Source: a virus (Duplodnaviria; Caudoviricetes). Taken from it: 57,136 nucleotides of DNA. The stretch is taken from positions 1 through 57,136 of the IMG/VR virus record IMGVR_UViG_3300005965_000101, one strand, 5' to 3'. The notes under the pieces are model-generated. The model ran no database searches. It saw nothing but the letters and a program-made list of their open reading frames with translations, and was not told where the DNA came from. A program made the translations under genes and the position numbers. Positions 9,015-18,717 of this stretch are shown here, piece by piece (the stretch's first letter is position 1; every line of letters begins with the position of its first letter).

Positions 9015-9227
9015 ATGGTATCAAAATTAAGAGAAAATCCTACTTTCAGAAGAATTCTTGATGTATTAGACCATATCCAGTCTATAAACAAAAAGTTTGA
9101 AAAAGAAAAAGCTCAAAAAGAAATGGAAAATGCTCTTAAAAACATTCAAAGGGCAATACATCTTGAATTTAATGTTAGCCCTGATGTGGCAATGATTTTG
9201 AAAGATGAATTATTAAACAAGGAGTAA
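9015..9227 (+). CDS. Hypothetical protein
   Basis: 70-aa ORF immediately upstream of yqaJ. Confidence 0.55.
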   Translation: MVSKLRENPTFRRILDVLDHIQSINKKFEKEKAQKEMENALKNIQRAIHLEFNVSPDVAMILKDELLNKE

Positions 9228-9231
9228 TAAA

Positions 9232-10242
9232 ATGCAAACCAAAGAAAAAAAATCAGAACAAAGCCACCAGCAGTGGCTTGAAGAAAGACAAAAAGGTATT
9301 GGCGGAAGCGATTCTGCTGCTATTTGTTTAAAGGTTGTCCACAAGGGCAGACCTTATGAAAAAACAGTCTTGGACGTGTATTTTGAAAAAGTCGAACCTG
9401 TCCAGGAAAAACAGTCTAGTATTGCTATTGATTTAGGCAAGATTCTTGAACCTTATATTATTGAAATGTTCTTGAAAGAAAACCCTGACTGGGCAGCGCA
9501 GCCAGATGTTAATTTTGCCAGTATAGAGTATGACTTTTTAAGGGCGAATATTGACGCAATAGTTACAGATATAAACACAGGTGAAACAGCTGTACTTGAG
9601 TGCAAGACCACAGATTCTACAATGAAGTCTTATTGGGAAAACGAAGTCCCCTTGCCTTATTATTTACAGGTGCAACACTATCTGGCAGTAACAGGATATC
9701 AAAGAGGTTTTATAGCTGTGCTTTTTGGCAACAGGGGGTATCAGCAATACGAAATTACCCGTGATGACGAACTCATAAATACGATGATCCATGAGCATTA
9801 TATCCCCTTCTGGGATTGTGTGAAGACTAAAACTCCACCGGAACTGGAAGGGGATGCTCTTACTTTGAATGCTGTTAAAAAAGCGTATCCTGAAGCAAAA
9901 GAGCCGGGAATTTTTCTTGGACGGGAATGTGAGTCTGTCATAAAAGAGTACATGGATGTAAATGACCAGATTAAAGAATTATCCGGCAGGAAAGATGAAT
10001 TGCAAGCCCAGCTTATCGCTGAGCTTAAAGAAGCCGAAGCAGGAATGCTGGACAATTATATAGTTAGCTACAAAAACAGGACTGGCATTGATACAGAAAG
10101 GTTACTTGCAGAAAAACCGGAAGTTTTTCAGAAGTATAAAAAACCAACCTTGAATACAACGGAATTTCGTAAAAAAGAAAAAGAATTAGCTAAAGAATAC
10201 GCAACGGTTACAGGTAGAACTTTTAGTGTTAAAGAGAAATAA
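9232..10242 (+). CDS. yqaJ: YqaJ-like viral recombinase exonuclease
   Basis: WLEERQKGIGGSDSAAI, RANIDA, LECKT, YYLQVQHYLAVTG. Confidence 0.93.
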   Translation: MQTKEKKSEQSHQQWLEERQKGIGGSDSAAICLKVVHKGRPYEKTVLDVYFEKVEPVQEKQSSIAIDLGKILEPYIIEMFLKENPDWAAQPDVNFASIEYDFLRANIDAIVTDINTGETAVLECKTTDSTMKSYWENEVPLPYYLQVQHYLAVTGYQRGFIAVLFGNRGYQQYEITRDDELINTMIHEHYIPFWDCVKTKTPPELEGDALTLNAVKKAYPEAKEPGIFLGRECESVIKEYMDVNDQIKELSGRKDELQAQLIAELKEAEAGMLDNYIVSYKNRTGIDTERLLAEKPEVFQKYKKPTLNTTEFRKKEKELAKEYATVTGRTFSVKEK

Positions 10243-10489
10243 ATTAATAAACCTTGGACACTTTACTCTTTTTAGGAAGGTTTTCAATCTAAACGGCAAA
10301 GTTGCTTATGTAAAAAATGCTAAAACCAATGAATCTATTGTCCAAATGGCTTTAGATCAGCAACCATATATTCCTATTTTTTCAAAACAAGAAGAAGGTG
10401 ATAAAGACGCAATAATAAAACAGTTAATGATATTCATTGCTAATAAATACAGAAAAACGTTTAGCCAAATAAAAGATACGGAGGAATAG
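10226..10489 (+). CDS. Hypothetical protein
   Basis: Fills the gap between yqaJ and recT. Confidence 0.4.
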   Translation: MLKRNKLINLGHFTLFRKVFNLNGKVAYVKNAKTNESIVQMALDQQPYIPIFSKQEEGDKDAIIKQLMIFIANKYRKTFSQIKDTEE

Positions 10490-10492
10490 CCC

Positions 10493-11392
10493 ATGAGTAA
10501 CACAGCAATGCAGGTGAAGCAGAATACCAGAAAAGCTCCAACACATACACAGAATAATAACAAAGTTGTTATTTACAACCAGCTTGATAAGCCGGAAGTA
10601 AGAAACAATCTTGTTAAACTTTTCAGGAACGAACAAAAAGCAAACAGATTTATCGCAGAAGCCAGGATAAATTTAAGTACGAATCCAGAGCTTGCAGACT
10701 GTTCGCCTGAAAGTTTTGTAAGGGCAGCCCTGCAAACTGCGCAGTTAAATTTAAGCATTAACCCTTTAATAGGGGAGGCTTATTTAATGCCGAGGTGGAA
10801 TGGCGACAAAGGATGCAAGGAAGCCACTTTTCAGTTAGGTTATAAAGCATATTTAAACATGGCACGAAAAACAAAAGAAGTACTTGATGTTGATGGAGCT
10901 ATTGTCCGTAAGGGAGATACCTTTTCTCACAGCTATACAGAAGAAATTGATGAAAAAGGCAAATTTACCTATATTGTCCAGCCTCTAGAGCACGAAACCA
11001 GTGATGAGCATGGCGACATTATTGGAGCTTACGCAAAGGCTATTATAAAAAACGACAATGTAATTATTAAAAAACATATTTATATGACGGTTGCCCAGCT
11101 TGAAGCCCACATGAAAAAATATGCCACCAAGAACAAAAAAGGCGAAGTTGTAGGCTTGGCGGTAAAAGATTTTGAAGCTTGGGCTTTAAAAACCGTGCTA
11201 GGACGTTTAAGCAAAAAACTTCCTTTAACCACTGAAGACAAAACAGCAATTGAACTTCAGGAAGAATACAGGCAGCCTGATGAAGTTAACGAATATATCG
11301 ATGCTGAAATTCAGGAAACCGTACCTGAAGCAACTGAAATAGAACCGGAGCATCCACAACAGGAAGCCCAACAAGAAGAAATTCCAGTATAA
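10493..11392 (+). CDS. recT: RecT-family single-strand annealing protein
   Basis: LADCSPESFVRAALQTAQLNLSINPLIGEAYLMP...FQLGYKAY...ALKTVL...LP; acidic tail. Confidence 0.93.
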   Translation: MSNTAMQVKQNTRKAPTHTQNNNKVVIYNQLDKPEVRNNLVKLFRNEQKANRFIAEARINLSTNPELADCSPESFVRAALQTAQLNLSINPLIGEAYLMPRWNGDKGCKEATFQLGYKAYLNMARKTKEVLDVDGAIVRKGDTFSHSYTEEIDEKGKFTYIVQPLEHETSDEHGDIIGAYAKAIIKNDNVIIKKHIYMTVAQLEAHMKKYATKNKKGEVVGLAVKDFEAWALKTVLGRLSKKLPLTTEDKTAIELQEEYRQPDEVNEYIDAEIQETVPEATEIEPEHPQQEAQQEEIPV

Positions 11393-11397
11393 GATAT

Positions 11398-11468
11398 CAG
11401 GCAGAGGGCTATATCACTCCCAAAATTAAATAACTAAAGCTAATTTCACCCTCTGCCTTAGTTTTTTT
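11398..11468 (+). terminator. Large-loop hairpin followed by a T tract
   Basis: AGGCAGAGGG...CCCTCTGCCT perfect 10-bp stem around a ~40-nt loop, then a T run. Confidence 0.45.
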
Positions 11469-11483
11469 GAAAGCGAGGCAAAT

Positions 11484-12308
11484 ATGGCAAAAATAATCAG
11501 CGTTGAACCTAGAGAAAAGTATCATTTAATAAAGTTTGCGGCAGAATCGGACAGAGAACCCTGGGGAACTCTGGAGGCAAAAGTATGGAATAGTGAACCG
11601 GATTTAATAAAAAAATTAAAACTTAATTCCAGCGTTAATTGTGTACTGACTTCTACAAAGTATGGTGAAGTTATAAACGATGTAGAGATAATTAAGGAAG
11701 GCCGCCTGGGGTTGAGTGATAAGCAAAAAAATGATGCTTATGTCGGGCTTAGAAATAGGCTTGAAAACATTTATTGCGATGAAAGAGAGCCAGAAAAAAT
11801 AAGGCAAATGGCCAAAGAGATTGAAAAATTGATAATTAACAATAATTGGGCTTTCATCAATGCGCCTGCCGCTAAAACCCATCATCATAACTACATCGGA
11901 GGATTAATACAGCATACCGAAGAAGTTGTTATTGATGTACCCTGTTATAATCCTTTGGCTGTTATGGGCGCAATCCTCCACGACTTCGGTAAGATTTACG
12001 AATATAAAATAGACACTGAAACCGGAATTGTTGAATATAACACGGATTTCCGGGACAAATTAGGATTAACCAAAGAAAGTAAAATCTACCCGCATATACT
12101 CTGGGCGTATAACTGGTGTATTGAAAGAGGGTTTAAGGAGCTTGCCCATATTGTCGGCAGCCATCACGGAACTGTTGAACACGGCTCAATATTTAAGCCT
12201 GCAACTCCAGAAGCTCATCTACTTTATATTGCGGATTACAAAAGTGCGCATTTAGGGGCGTTAACTGTTGATGAATTGCCTGAAGAAATCACTGTTGAAA
12301 ATTTATAA
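11484..12308 (+). CDS. OB-fold + HD-domain 3'-5' exonuclease (YhaM/Cbf-like)
   Basis: APAAKTHHHNYIGGLIQHT, ILHDFGKIYEY, SHHG, PATPEA..L..AD; N-terminal GTLEAKVW OB-like segment. Confidence 0.85.
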   Translation: MAKIISVEPREKYHLIKFAAESDREPWGTLEAKVWNSEPDLIKKLKLNSSVNCVLTSTKYGEVINDVEIIKEGRLGLSDKQKNDAYVGLRNRLENIYCDEREPEKIRQMAKEIEKLIINNNWAFINAPAAKTHHHNYIGGLIQHTEEVVIDVPCYNPLAVMGAILHDFGKIYEYKIDTETGIVEYNTDFRDKLGLTKESKIYPHILWAYNWCIERGFKELAHIVGSHHGTVEHGSIFKPATPEAHLLYIADYKSAHLGALTVDELPEEITVENL

Positions 12309-12336
12309 AAACTTACACAAAAAGGAAAGAAGATAA

Positions 12337-12558
12337 ATGATTAAATTAATCCGTAATCTGAGTGTTGATATACAGCATTTTTTATACAAACGGAAAATTT
12401 ATTGGCATAACTTTATAAAAGATGAATACACAGCTGGTTTTGAGTGCTGCCTCCATAAGCACACAAAAGAGGAACAGAATCTTTTAAAAAGCATTGCAAG
12501 AGCCAGTATGGAGAATATGGACACAGTTTATGTCAGTAAAGATCTAAAAATAATTTAA
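12337..12558 (+). CDS. Hypothetical protein
   Basis: 73-aa co-oriented ORF. Confidence 0.45.
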   Translation: MIKLIRNLSVDIQHFLYKRKIYWHNFIKDEYTAGFECCLHKHTKEEQNLLKSIARASMENMDTVYVSKDLKII

Positions 12559-12570
12559 TTATAAAGAATT

Positions 12571-12940
12571 GCACCGAGGACGGGGCAGTAATCGCATTTA
12601 GTTGCCGTAAGGCACACCCTCTTTTGAGGTTGTAAGTATCCCCGTCCGTTTTTATAGCGAAAGAAAGACACAAAAAGTTTGCTAAAATGGAGGAGTATTG
12701 GTCTTTTTTTTATTAAAGAAAGTATTTTGAAAAGAAAGGAGGCTGCCCATGTAGTGGTTGTTTTAATGTATCGGTGCGCCAATCATCAGGTCATGAACTG
12801 ATTGAAGAAGCAACCCCGAAGTTAAAACGTAAATGATAAAGCCACTTGTTAAATCAAATCCGAGAGCGTATTTTTAATTTTATTTTGTATGAATTTTTAC
12901 TCAGGCAGCGAGGGAACTTGCTGTCTGGGATAAAAATTCG
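12571..12940 (+). ncRNA. Candidate structured RNA
   Basis: GGACGGGG 12578-12585/CCCCGTCC 12640-12647 encloses TGCC-GTAA-GGCA and CCTC-TTTT-GAGG; GCACCGA 12571/TCGGTGC 12771; long GGAA-capped hairpin 12891-12939. Confidence 0.5.
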
Positions 12941-12955
12941 CAGAGGTGTTTTATT

Positions 12956-13486
12956 ATGGAGGTTTTTATAATAAGCGGGCTTTTTGCCTGCATTTTTGTA
13001 TGTATCCAAAACCAGAAGTCCCTATATAAACTTGTTTTTAAACAGAACGTAATACTTCGCAGGGTTGCGGAAAAGTTTGTGGACAAACTTGAGGAAACAA
13101 CAGATTTTTATCTGGACGAACTGGATGAAAGAGAAGGCAACGATGGCATTGAGGTCCAGGTAATAGGAGTTGCAGGATTCAACAATTTTCCCTCTCCGGC
13201 ACCGTCACCCCCACCCACTAAAAAAGATGTTTTTATTTTCAACCTGAGAGAATTTCCAAGAAAACAGCTTGATGTATTGGAAAAACAGATTTTGCAAGGA
13301 ACAGGCTGCTGGATAGAGACAAACCAATCAAGTTTAAGAAACATAGAAGGACAAATTTTTATAGATGTTTATGTGATGGCATATACATTACAGGAAGTTA
13401 AGTTCGCTAAATATTTAATAGAAAAGCGGATAGAAAAAATTAACAAACTAAACGTGATCTACAAAAGAGGAGGAGAAGGAATATGA
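12956..13486 (+). CDS. Hypothetical protein with N-terminal membrane anchor
   Basis: Hydrophobic N-terminus and Pro-rich linker; GAGGTG SD. Confidence 0.6.
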   Translation: MEVFIISGLFACIFVCIQNQKSLYKLVFKQNVILRRVAEKFVDKLEETTDFYLDELDEREGNDGIEVQVIGVAGFNNFPSPAPSPPPTKKDVFIFNLREFPRKQLDVLEKQILQGTGCWIETNQSSLRNIEGQIFIDVYVMAYTLQEVKFAKYLIEKRIEKINKLNVIYKRGGEGI

Positions 13487-13998
13487 AATTGGTAACGGGT
13501 GCAAGCTCATTAAACGCTTTTATGAAAAAAACAGGCTTGAAGAAAAAAGAGTTAGCTGAGATGACAGGAATAACCCTATCTTACGCCTATATGCTTTGTG
13601 AAGATTTTACGACCAGGGCATCAACAATAGAACGATTGGCAGTAATAATGGGAACTTGCCCTGAACAATTCCCTGAGTATGAAGGAGAGCCACAGGAATT
13701 TCCGGAAGCAGTCTACTGGGTTCAGAAGAAAGTCCGGCAGTCCGAGTTGTCAAGCCTTGAGTTTATCAAAAAATTCCCTCAAAAAAGACGGCTTGAGGTG
13801 GTTGATTTTTTAAGAGGATCAGCTCCATTACCTTTGAATTATTCTTTTTTCGATACGGTTACTACCGCACTTGACGTGTTGCCAGAAGAGCTTTTTGTTT
13901 TTGTGGCAAAGGAAATCAAAAATCTTTTAGCGAACAGGGGAGTGGAAGAAGGAGCTTTGTCTTCTGCAATAGAATCGATAAAAAAGTATTATTTATAA
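13483..13998 (+). CDS. HTH domain protein
   Basis: LKKKELAEMTGITLSYAY...STIERLAVIM XRE-like HTH. Confidence 0.7.
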   Translation: MKLVTGASSLNAFMKKTGLKKKELAEMTGITLSYAYMLCEDFTTRASTIERLAVIMGTCPEQFPEYEGEPQEFPEAVYWVQKKVRQSELSSLEFIKKFPQKRRLEVVDFLRGSAPLPLNYSFFDTVTTALDVLPEELFVFVAKEIKNLLANRGVEEGALSSAIESIKKYYL

Positions 13999-14010
13999 AT
14001 AAAAGGAATT

Positions 14011-14604
14011 TTGACAATGAAGGCTAGTCCCGGACAATTGGGTTTATTTTCGCATTTGAATGATGTTACCGCTCCTGTGGTTGAGCAGGAAAAGCCAGTT
14101 ATGCAAGAACCCAAAACTAAACACCCATCAAATGTTGGTAATGCTGATCCCGGCCTGAATGTTGACCCTTATTGTTATTACGATGAATTCACTGAGGAAC
14201 AAAAAGAGCTTAAAAAGGCTTGTCCTTTAAGGGATGAATGCGGCTGTTGTTGTCATCAGTCCTGTTACGAATGGGCTTTAAAACAAAAACAGGAAAAGAA
14301 CGAACGAAAGTTTGAAAACTGGCATATGTGCGCAAAATGCGTAAGAGGGAATTTTGTCGGTGCTGAATTCTGTGGGAAAGATGAAAAAACTAATAAATGG
14401 GAATGCTGGAATAATAATTTTAAGTTTTATGAGCCAGACTTTCTTGAAAACAAAGCAGAAGAAAAGCCATTACCTTTTTATACCTGCCCACGGTGCGGTA
14501 AGAATAAAGGCAAGGCGTTAGTCCCTAATTTTAGTAGAAATGTTTTTGACAGTGATTTGGTCTGTGCGGAATGCATGCAGGAAATGGAATGTCTTGAGGA
14601 GTAA
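14011..14604 (+). CDS. Cys-rich (zinc-binding) hypothetical protein
   Basis: CPLRDECGCCCHQSC, CAKC, CPRC and CAEC motifs. Confidence 0.6.
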   Translation: MTMKASPGQLGLFSHLNDVTAPVVEQEKPVMQEPKTKHPSNVGNADPGLNVDPYCYYDEFTEEQKELKKACPLRDECGCCCHQSCYEWALKQKQEKNERKFENWHMCAKCVRGNFVGAEFCGKDEKTNKWECWNNNFKFYEPDFLENKAEEKPLPFYTCPRCGKNKGKALVPNFSRNVFDSDLVCAECMQEMECLEE

Positions 14605-14607
14605 ATT

Positions 14608-15543
14608 ATGTCCTTATGTGGTGAAAGAATTTATAAACATAAAGATCAAGTGGCTGCCGACACACTTGACTATTTGAGAAAAAATATAACTATTTTCCTT
14701 GGAATTTTTGATGACAAGGAAATAAAAAATCTTAAAAAGCTTGAAAAGTGGCTTCAGAAAAAGACAGGAGGAAGGAAATTGGAATTACCTAAATTATCGG
14801 ATTATGAATGGAATGTTGTAAAATTATTAAGCCAAGGCTTTGATACTCCTGAAATAGCTGAAAAATTGAATAAAACCAAGGGTTCTGTGTCAGGGGTCAT
14901 AACGTTTATTTGCAGTAAATTTGAATTTAAGGGTTTAATTAAATTTAATTCGGAATTAAGTAAAAAACACCAGCTTATTGAATTTTTAAAGAAAAATAAA
15001 AAGCTGATCTTCCCAGATGAATCTCATGAAGATATCGAAGATATAAAAGAAGAAGTGATAGAGCAACCAACAGAAGGACAAGATGAGCACAGCAATAAAT
15101 TAATAGAACCTTTAACTAATCAGGAAATGAAAGTACTGGAATTACTTTGTCAGGGGTATGGGTATAAAGAGGCTGCAAACCAGCTAATTTGCGCAGATAC
15201 CACTTTGAAGACCCACGTTAATAATATTTTCCAGAAATTACAGGTTAATAACAGGATACAGGCGGTCCTTTACGCAATTAAGTCGGGGCTGGTTGATATT
15301 GGAGTGGCAATTCCTAGACCTGCTCAAGTCCCCTCGAAAAGCCCGCCTGATTTATCAGCGACAATAACTAAATTCAAAGAAAAATATGCACAAAAGATTA
15401 AAGATCTCGCTACTGAAGCGGGTCTTCTTCTTTTTAAAGGGGAGTTTAGTGAGGAAACCGCAACCCCTATTCAAGACCAGGCTAAAAAAATAAAAGAAAA
15501 AATTGACCTACTGGAAGAAATTCAGCAGGAGATAACAGCTTAA
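14608..15543 (+). CDS. Protein with two LuxR/GerE-type HTH domains
   Basis: LSDYEWNVVKLLSQGFDTPEIAEKL and LTNQEMKVLELLCQG...TTLKTHVNNIFQKLQVNNRIQAVLYA. Confidence 0.85.
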   Translation: MSLCGERIYKHKDQVAADTLDYLRKNITIFLGIFDDKEIKNLKKLEKWLQKKTGGRKLELPKLSDYEWNVVKLLSQGFDTPEIAEKLNKTKGSVSGVITFICSKFEFKGLIKFNSELSKKHQLIEFLKKNKKLIFPDESHEDIEDIKEEVIEQPTEGQDEHSNKLIEPLTNQEMKVLELLCQGYGYKEAANQLICADTTLKTHVNNIFQKLQVNNRIQAVLYAIKSGLVDIGVAIPRPAQVPSKSPPDLSATITKFKEKYAQKIKDLATEAGLLLFKGEFSEETATPIQDQAKKIKEKIDLLEEIQQEITA

Positions 15544-15574
15544 AATATTTTGCGAGGAGAAGGGAATAATATAA

Positions 15575-17182
15575 ATGACTTTTCAGTTAAGGGATTATCA
15601 GGAGCAGATAATCCGGGAGGTAAAGGAGGCTTTTCAGGGCGGTAGTCAATATGTATGCGCAACTGCCCCAACAGGCGCAGGAAAGACGGTTATTTCATTT
15701 GCCCTGGTAAAAGACCTTGTAGAACAAGGTAAAAGAGTTCTTTTTGTGGTTAACAGGGAAGAGCTTGTATTTCAGACAGTGGATAAATTTCATGGCATTA
15801 GACAGCATTTAAGTATTCTTAAAGCTGGTTATGAAACTATGTATAACCCTAAAAAACAGATACAAATTGCCATGTTACAAACTTGGCACGCCCGGAAAAT
15901 TGCAGAGCTTGAACCTGACTATATTTTTATAGACGAAATCCATGACGGATGGGGAGCAAAAAGAGTTTCTGAGCTTTTGGAAACGTACCCAGATACGAAA
16001 GTATTAGGATTAACCGCTACCCCGATAGACGAAAAAGGTTTTTTACTTCCCGGATTTAACAAATATATCCAGACTGTTCAGGTTTGCGAGCTTATAGAAA
16101 AGGGACATCTTGTCCAACCTGAAGTGTATGCTCCAGTCCAACTGGATTTATCAGAAGTAAGGACAACGGGAAACGATTACAACGAAAAAGACCTGGATAA
16201 AATTCTTACCCAGGTTAAAGAGGTTGAAAACGTTGTTCGCCAGTATCAAAAATTTGCAGATGGCTTAAAAGCAATAGTTTTTGCCAATACCATAGAACAC
16301 GCCGAAGCCCTGAAAGGGGCTTTTTTAAAATCCGGCCATAACGCAGAAGTAATTCATTCTAAACTTCAGGATCTGAAAAACGAAAGAAAAAGACTGATAG
16401 GCGACTTTAAAAACGGGACAACACCGATTTTAATAAATGTGGGAATCCTGACTACTGGATTTGATGAAGGTTCTGTGGAATGTGTATTACTTGCAAGACC
16501 AACAAAAATTCTCAGGCTATATATACAGATTGCCGGACGTGGGTTAAGAACCCATCCGGGGAAGGAAAAATGTCTTTTCCTGGACTGCGCTAACATTGTT
16601 CAGATGCACGGGTACCCCGATGATATTCGGATATTTGAACATAAACCTGTAAAGGTTAATACGGTGCGGGCAGAATACAAGCTCTGTCCGCAGTGCGAAT
16701 TTGCGTGTAAAATCAATGTTTCTGACTGTCCGGCCTGCGGGTATAAGTTTACACCGGAAGATGCGCCGGAAGAAGTTAGCCATAAGGAAGCAGAAAAACT
16801 TGAGCAACTTAGAAATTTACAGAAAGATTGTTACCTAAATGTTGTAAAAGAAGTTGAGGAGCGTGGCTATAAAAAAGGCTATGCTTTCTTTTTAATGAAG
16901 GATATAGCAAGAATAAAACCGCCGACATTCAGTGCAAAAAGATATTACGGCAAAGTCTCAACATTGGTTGATAGGCTCGCTAACGGGAGGAAAACATTAA
17001 AAAAATGCCCGAAGTGCAATTATTTTTCAATGCACTATCCACCGTTTTTTACGGAATGCCCAAAATGCGGTCATTCTGAAAAGTTTAAACCGCAGTGGTT
17101 GATATTCAAATTAAAAGACCATTATCGGTATAAAGGCGAACTTAACTGTGTAGGAGGAAAGAAGGAACAAAGTGCAAATTAA
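15575..17182 (+). CDS. SF2 DEAD/DEAH-box helicase with C-terminal zinc fingers
   Basis: LRDYQ, APTGAGKT, DEIH, TATP, LTTGFD, QIAGRGLR; CPQC/CPAC and CPKC pairs. Confidence 0.93.
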   Translation: MTFQLRDYQEQIIREVKEAFQGGSQYVCATAPTGAGKTVISFALVKDLVEQGKRVLFVVNREELVFQTVDKFHGIRQHLSILKAGYETMYNPKKQIQIAMLQTWHARKIAELEPDYIFIDEIHDGWGAKRVSELLETYPDTKVLGLTATPIDEKGFLLPGFNKYIQTVQVCELIEKGHLVQPEVYAPVQLDLSEVRTTGNDYNEKDLDKILTQVKEVENVVRQYQKFADGLKAIVFANTIEHAEALKGAFLKSGHNAEVIHSKLQDLKNERKRLIGDFKNGTTPILINVGILTTGFDEGSVECVLLARPTKILRLYIQIAGRGLRTHPGKEKCLFLDCANIVQMHGYPDDIRIFEHKPVKVNTVRAEYKLCPQCEFACKINVSDCPACGYKFTPEDAPEEVSHKEAEKLEQLRNLQKDCYLNVVKEVEERGYKKGYAFFLMKDIARIKPPTFSAKRYYGKVSTLVDRLANGRKTLKKCPKCNYFSMHYPPFFTECPKCGHSEKFKPQWLIFKLKDHYRYKGELNCVGGKKEQSAN

Positions 17183-18617
17183 TTATAACAAGCTACCGTC
17201 CCTTGTAAGAGAAACCCTGCAAGGATTTTTTCATCCTTTGGCGATGGATATTGACGATCTGTCCCTGCTTAACGTAATTAACGTTAAATTGTCCCAGCTT
17301 TTTTCTGCAAAAAGAATAAAGTTTGAAGGCAACCAAGGACAGAGTTTAATTAATTATTACGCTATCAATATCTGTCCTTCAGGCGGAGGGAAAGACCAGA
17401 GTTTAAACCTTCTTAACAAATGGGTTTTTAAGGATTTCAAGAACGATTTTTACAAGGAAAGGGAAACCTTCCTTGACCAGAAAGAAACGGATATAAGGAT
17501 GGAAGCCTGCAATCGTTATAAAAAAAATGAGGCTAAAATAAACGCTTATATTGAAGAAAAACTCGGAGATATAAGAACGCTTCATTTTGAGGAAAATCCA
17601 AAAACCCCTGAAGGTTTTTATTCCAGCTGCTTGGGGTTCCTTAATTACGAGCAGGGTAGTGTATTTGTAAGAAATTCCGAATTTGCATCTACCATGAAAA
17701 ACCCGAAACCGGAAAAACTTACTTCTTATGATGCAATAATGGAAGCCTCAGAAGGAAACTTGGCTGTAACGACAACAAAAGGGGACAAAAAATCCAAGCA
17801 AATTGAAGGTGTTCCCGTCAATGTTATTTTTGTTACTGACGGGGCAATCCTTGTTGAGGACAAAAAGGCGAAAGACTTGTTTCTTTCATACTTACAAAAA
17901 GGTTTTGCCAGAAGGAGTAACATTTGTTACCAAAAGTTTCCTGAAATAAAGTACCAGCCGGACTTTGAAAAAGCTGAAGCTGATAAACAACAGGCTTTTC
18001 GCAATGCAAGGACCATAGCTGGGCAACTTGAAATTATTTATAACAAAATCCCTTTTAACGCTGTTATAAAGATGGATATAGAGGCTAAAAAAACACTTCA
18101 TTCTTATAACGAGCTTTGTAAAAAGCAGGCGGAGGAATTACAGGGCAATGAAAAAGACATTGTTCTTGTGGATATCCGGCAGAGGTTCTGGAAAGCCTAT
18201 AAGATGGCTGCTTTAATAGCCTGTATTAACAATCCTGAAAAAATGGTTGTAACCGATCAGGAAGCTAATATGGCTATTTATCAGATTGAGCTTTTCCACC
18301 AGTCATTTAAGGATTATATCGGTACAAAGCCCAAGGCCGACCATGAAAAAGTTTATTACTTTTTATACCAGAACCAGGGCAGCTGGGTTTCTAAAACTGC
18401 CCTGCGGGAACAAAACTTTGTCCACCCTAATAATTTCAAGAAATGGTGGGAAGAAGTTTATGAACACGTTGAGTCCTTTGCAGAGAGCAAGGGCTTTACT
18501 TTGGTTTCTGAAAAAGGCAAAGGAATCAAAGTAAATTATAAACTGGTAAAAAACAATATTGGCGGAGAGTTGAGCGAAGGCACAATGCCGCCTGAAAAAA
18601 TGATGGAGGTAATGTAA
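17172..18617 (+). CDS. P-loop replication protein (DUF3987/YfjI-like)
   Basis: INYYAINICPSGGGKD P-loop, TPEG, GFARR; located between helicase and primase. Confidence 0.6.
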   Translation: MQINYNKLPSLVRETLQGFFHPLAMDIDDLSLLNVINVKLSQLFSAKRIKFEGNQGQSLINYYAINICPSGGGKDQSLNLLNKWVFKDFKNDFYKERETFLDQKETDIRMEACNRYKKNEAKINAYIEEKLGDIRTLHFEENPKTPEGFYSSCLGFLNYEQGSVFVRNSEFASTMKNPKPEKLTSYDAIMEASEGNLAVTTTKGDKKSKQIEGVPVNVIFVTDGAILVEDKKAKDLFLSYLQKGFARRSNICYQKFPEIKYQPDFEKAEADKQQAFRNARTIAGQLEIIYNKIPFNAVIKMDIEAKKTLHSYNELCKKQAEELQGNEKDIVLVDIRQRFWKAYKMAALIACINNPEKMVVTDQEANMAIYQIELFHQSFKDYIGTKPKADHEKVYYFLYQNQGSWVSKTALREQNFVHPNNFKKWWEEVYEHVESFAESKGFTLVSEKGKGIKVNYKLVKNNIGGELSEGTMPPEKMMEVM

Positions 18618-18618
18618 G

Positions 18619-18717
18619 TTGGTAAACGATTGGAACAATCCAGAGAGCTTTAAAATTATTGGTAATGTTTATGAAAACCCGGAGCTTTTAAACAGAAGGG
18701 GGGCGGAAAATGCTTAA
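18619..18717 (+). CDS. 32-aa micro-ORF matching the YopX C-terminal motif
   Basis: TTG start with GGAGGT SD at 18605-18610; encodes ...FKIIGNVYENPELL...; absent from the ORF track. Confidence 0.5.
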   Translation: MVNDWNNPESFKIIGNVYENPELLNRRGAENA

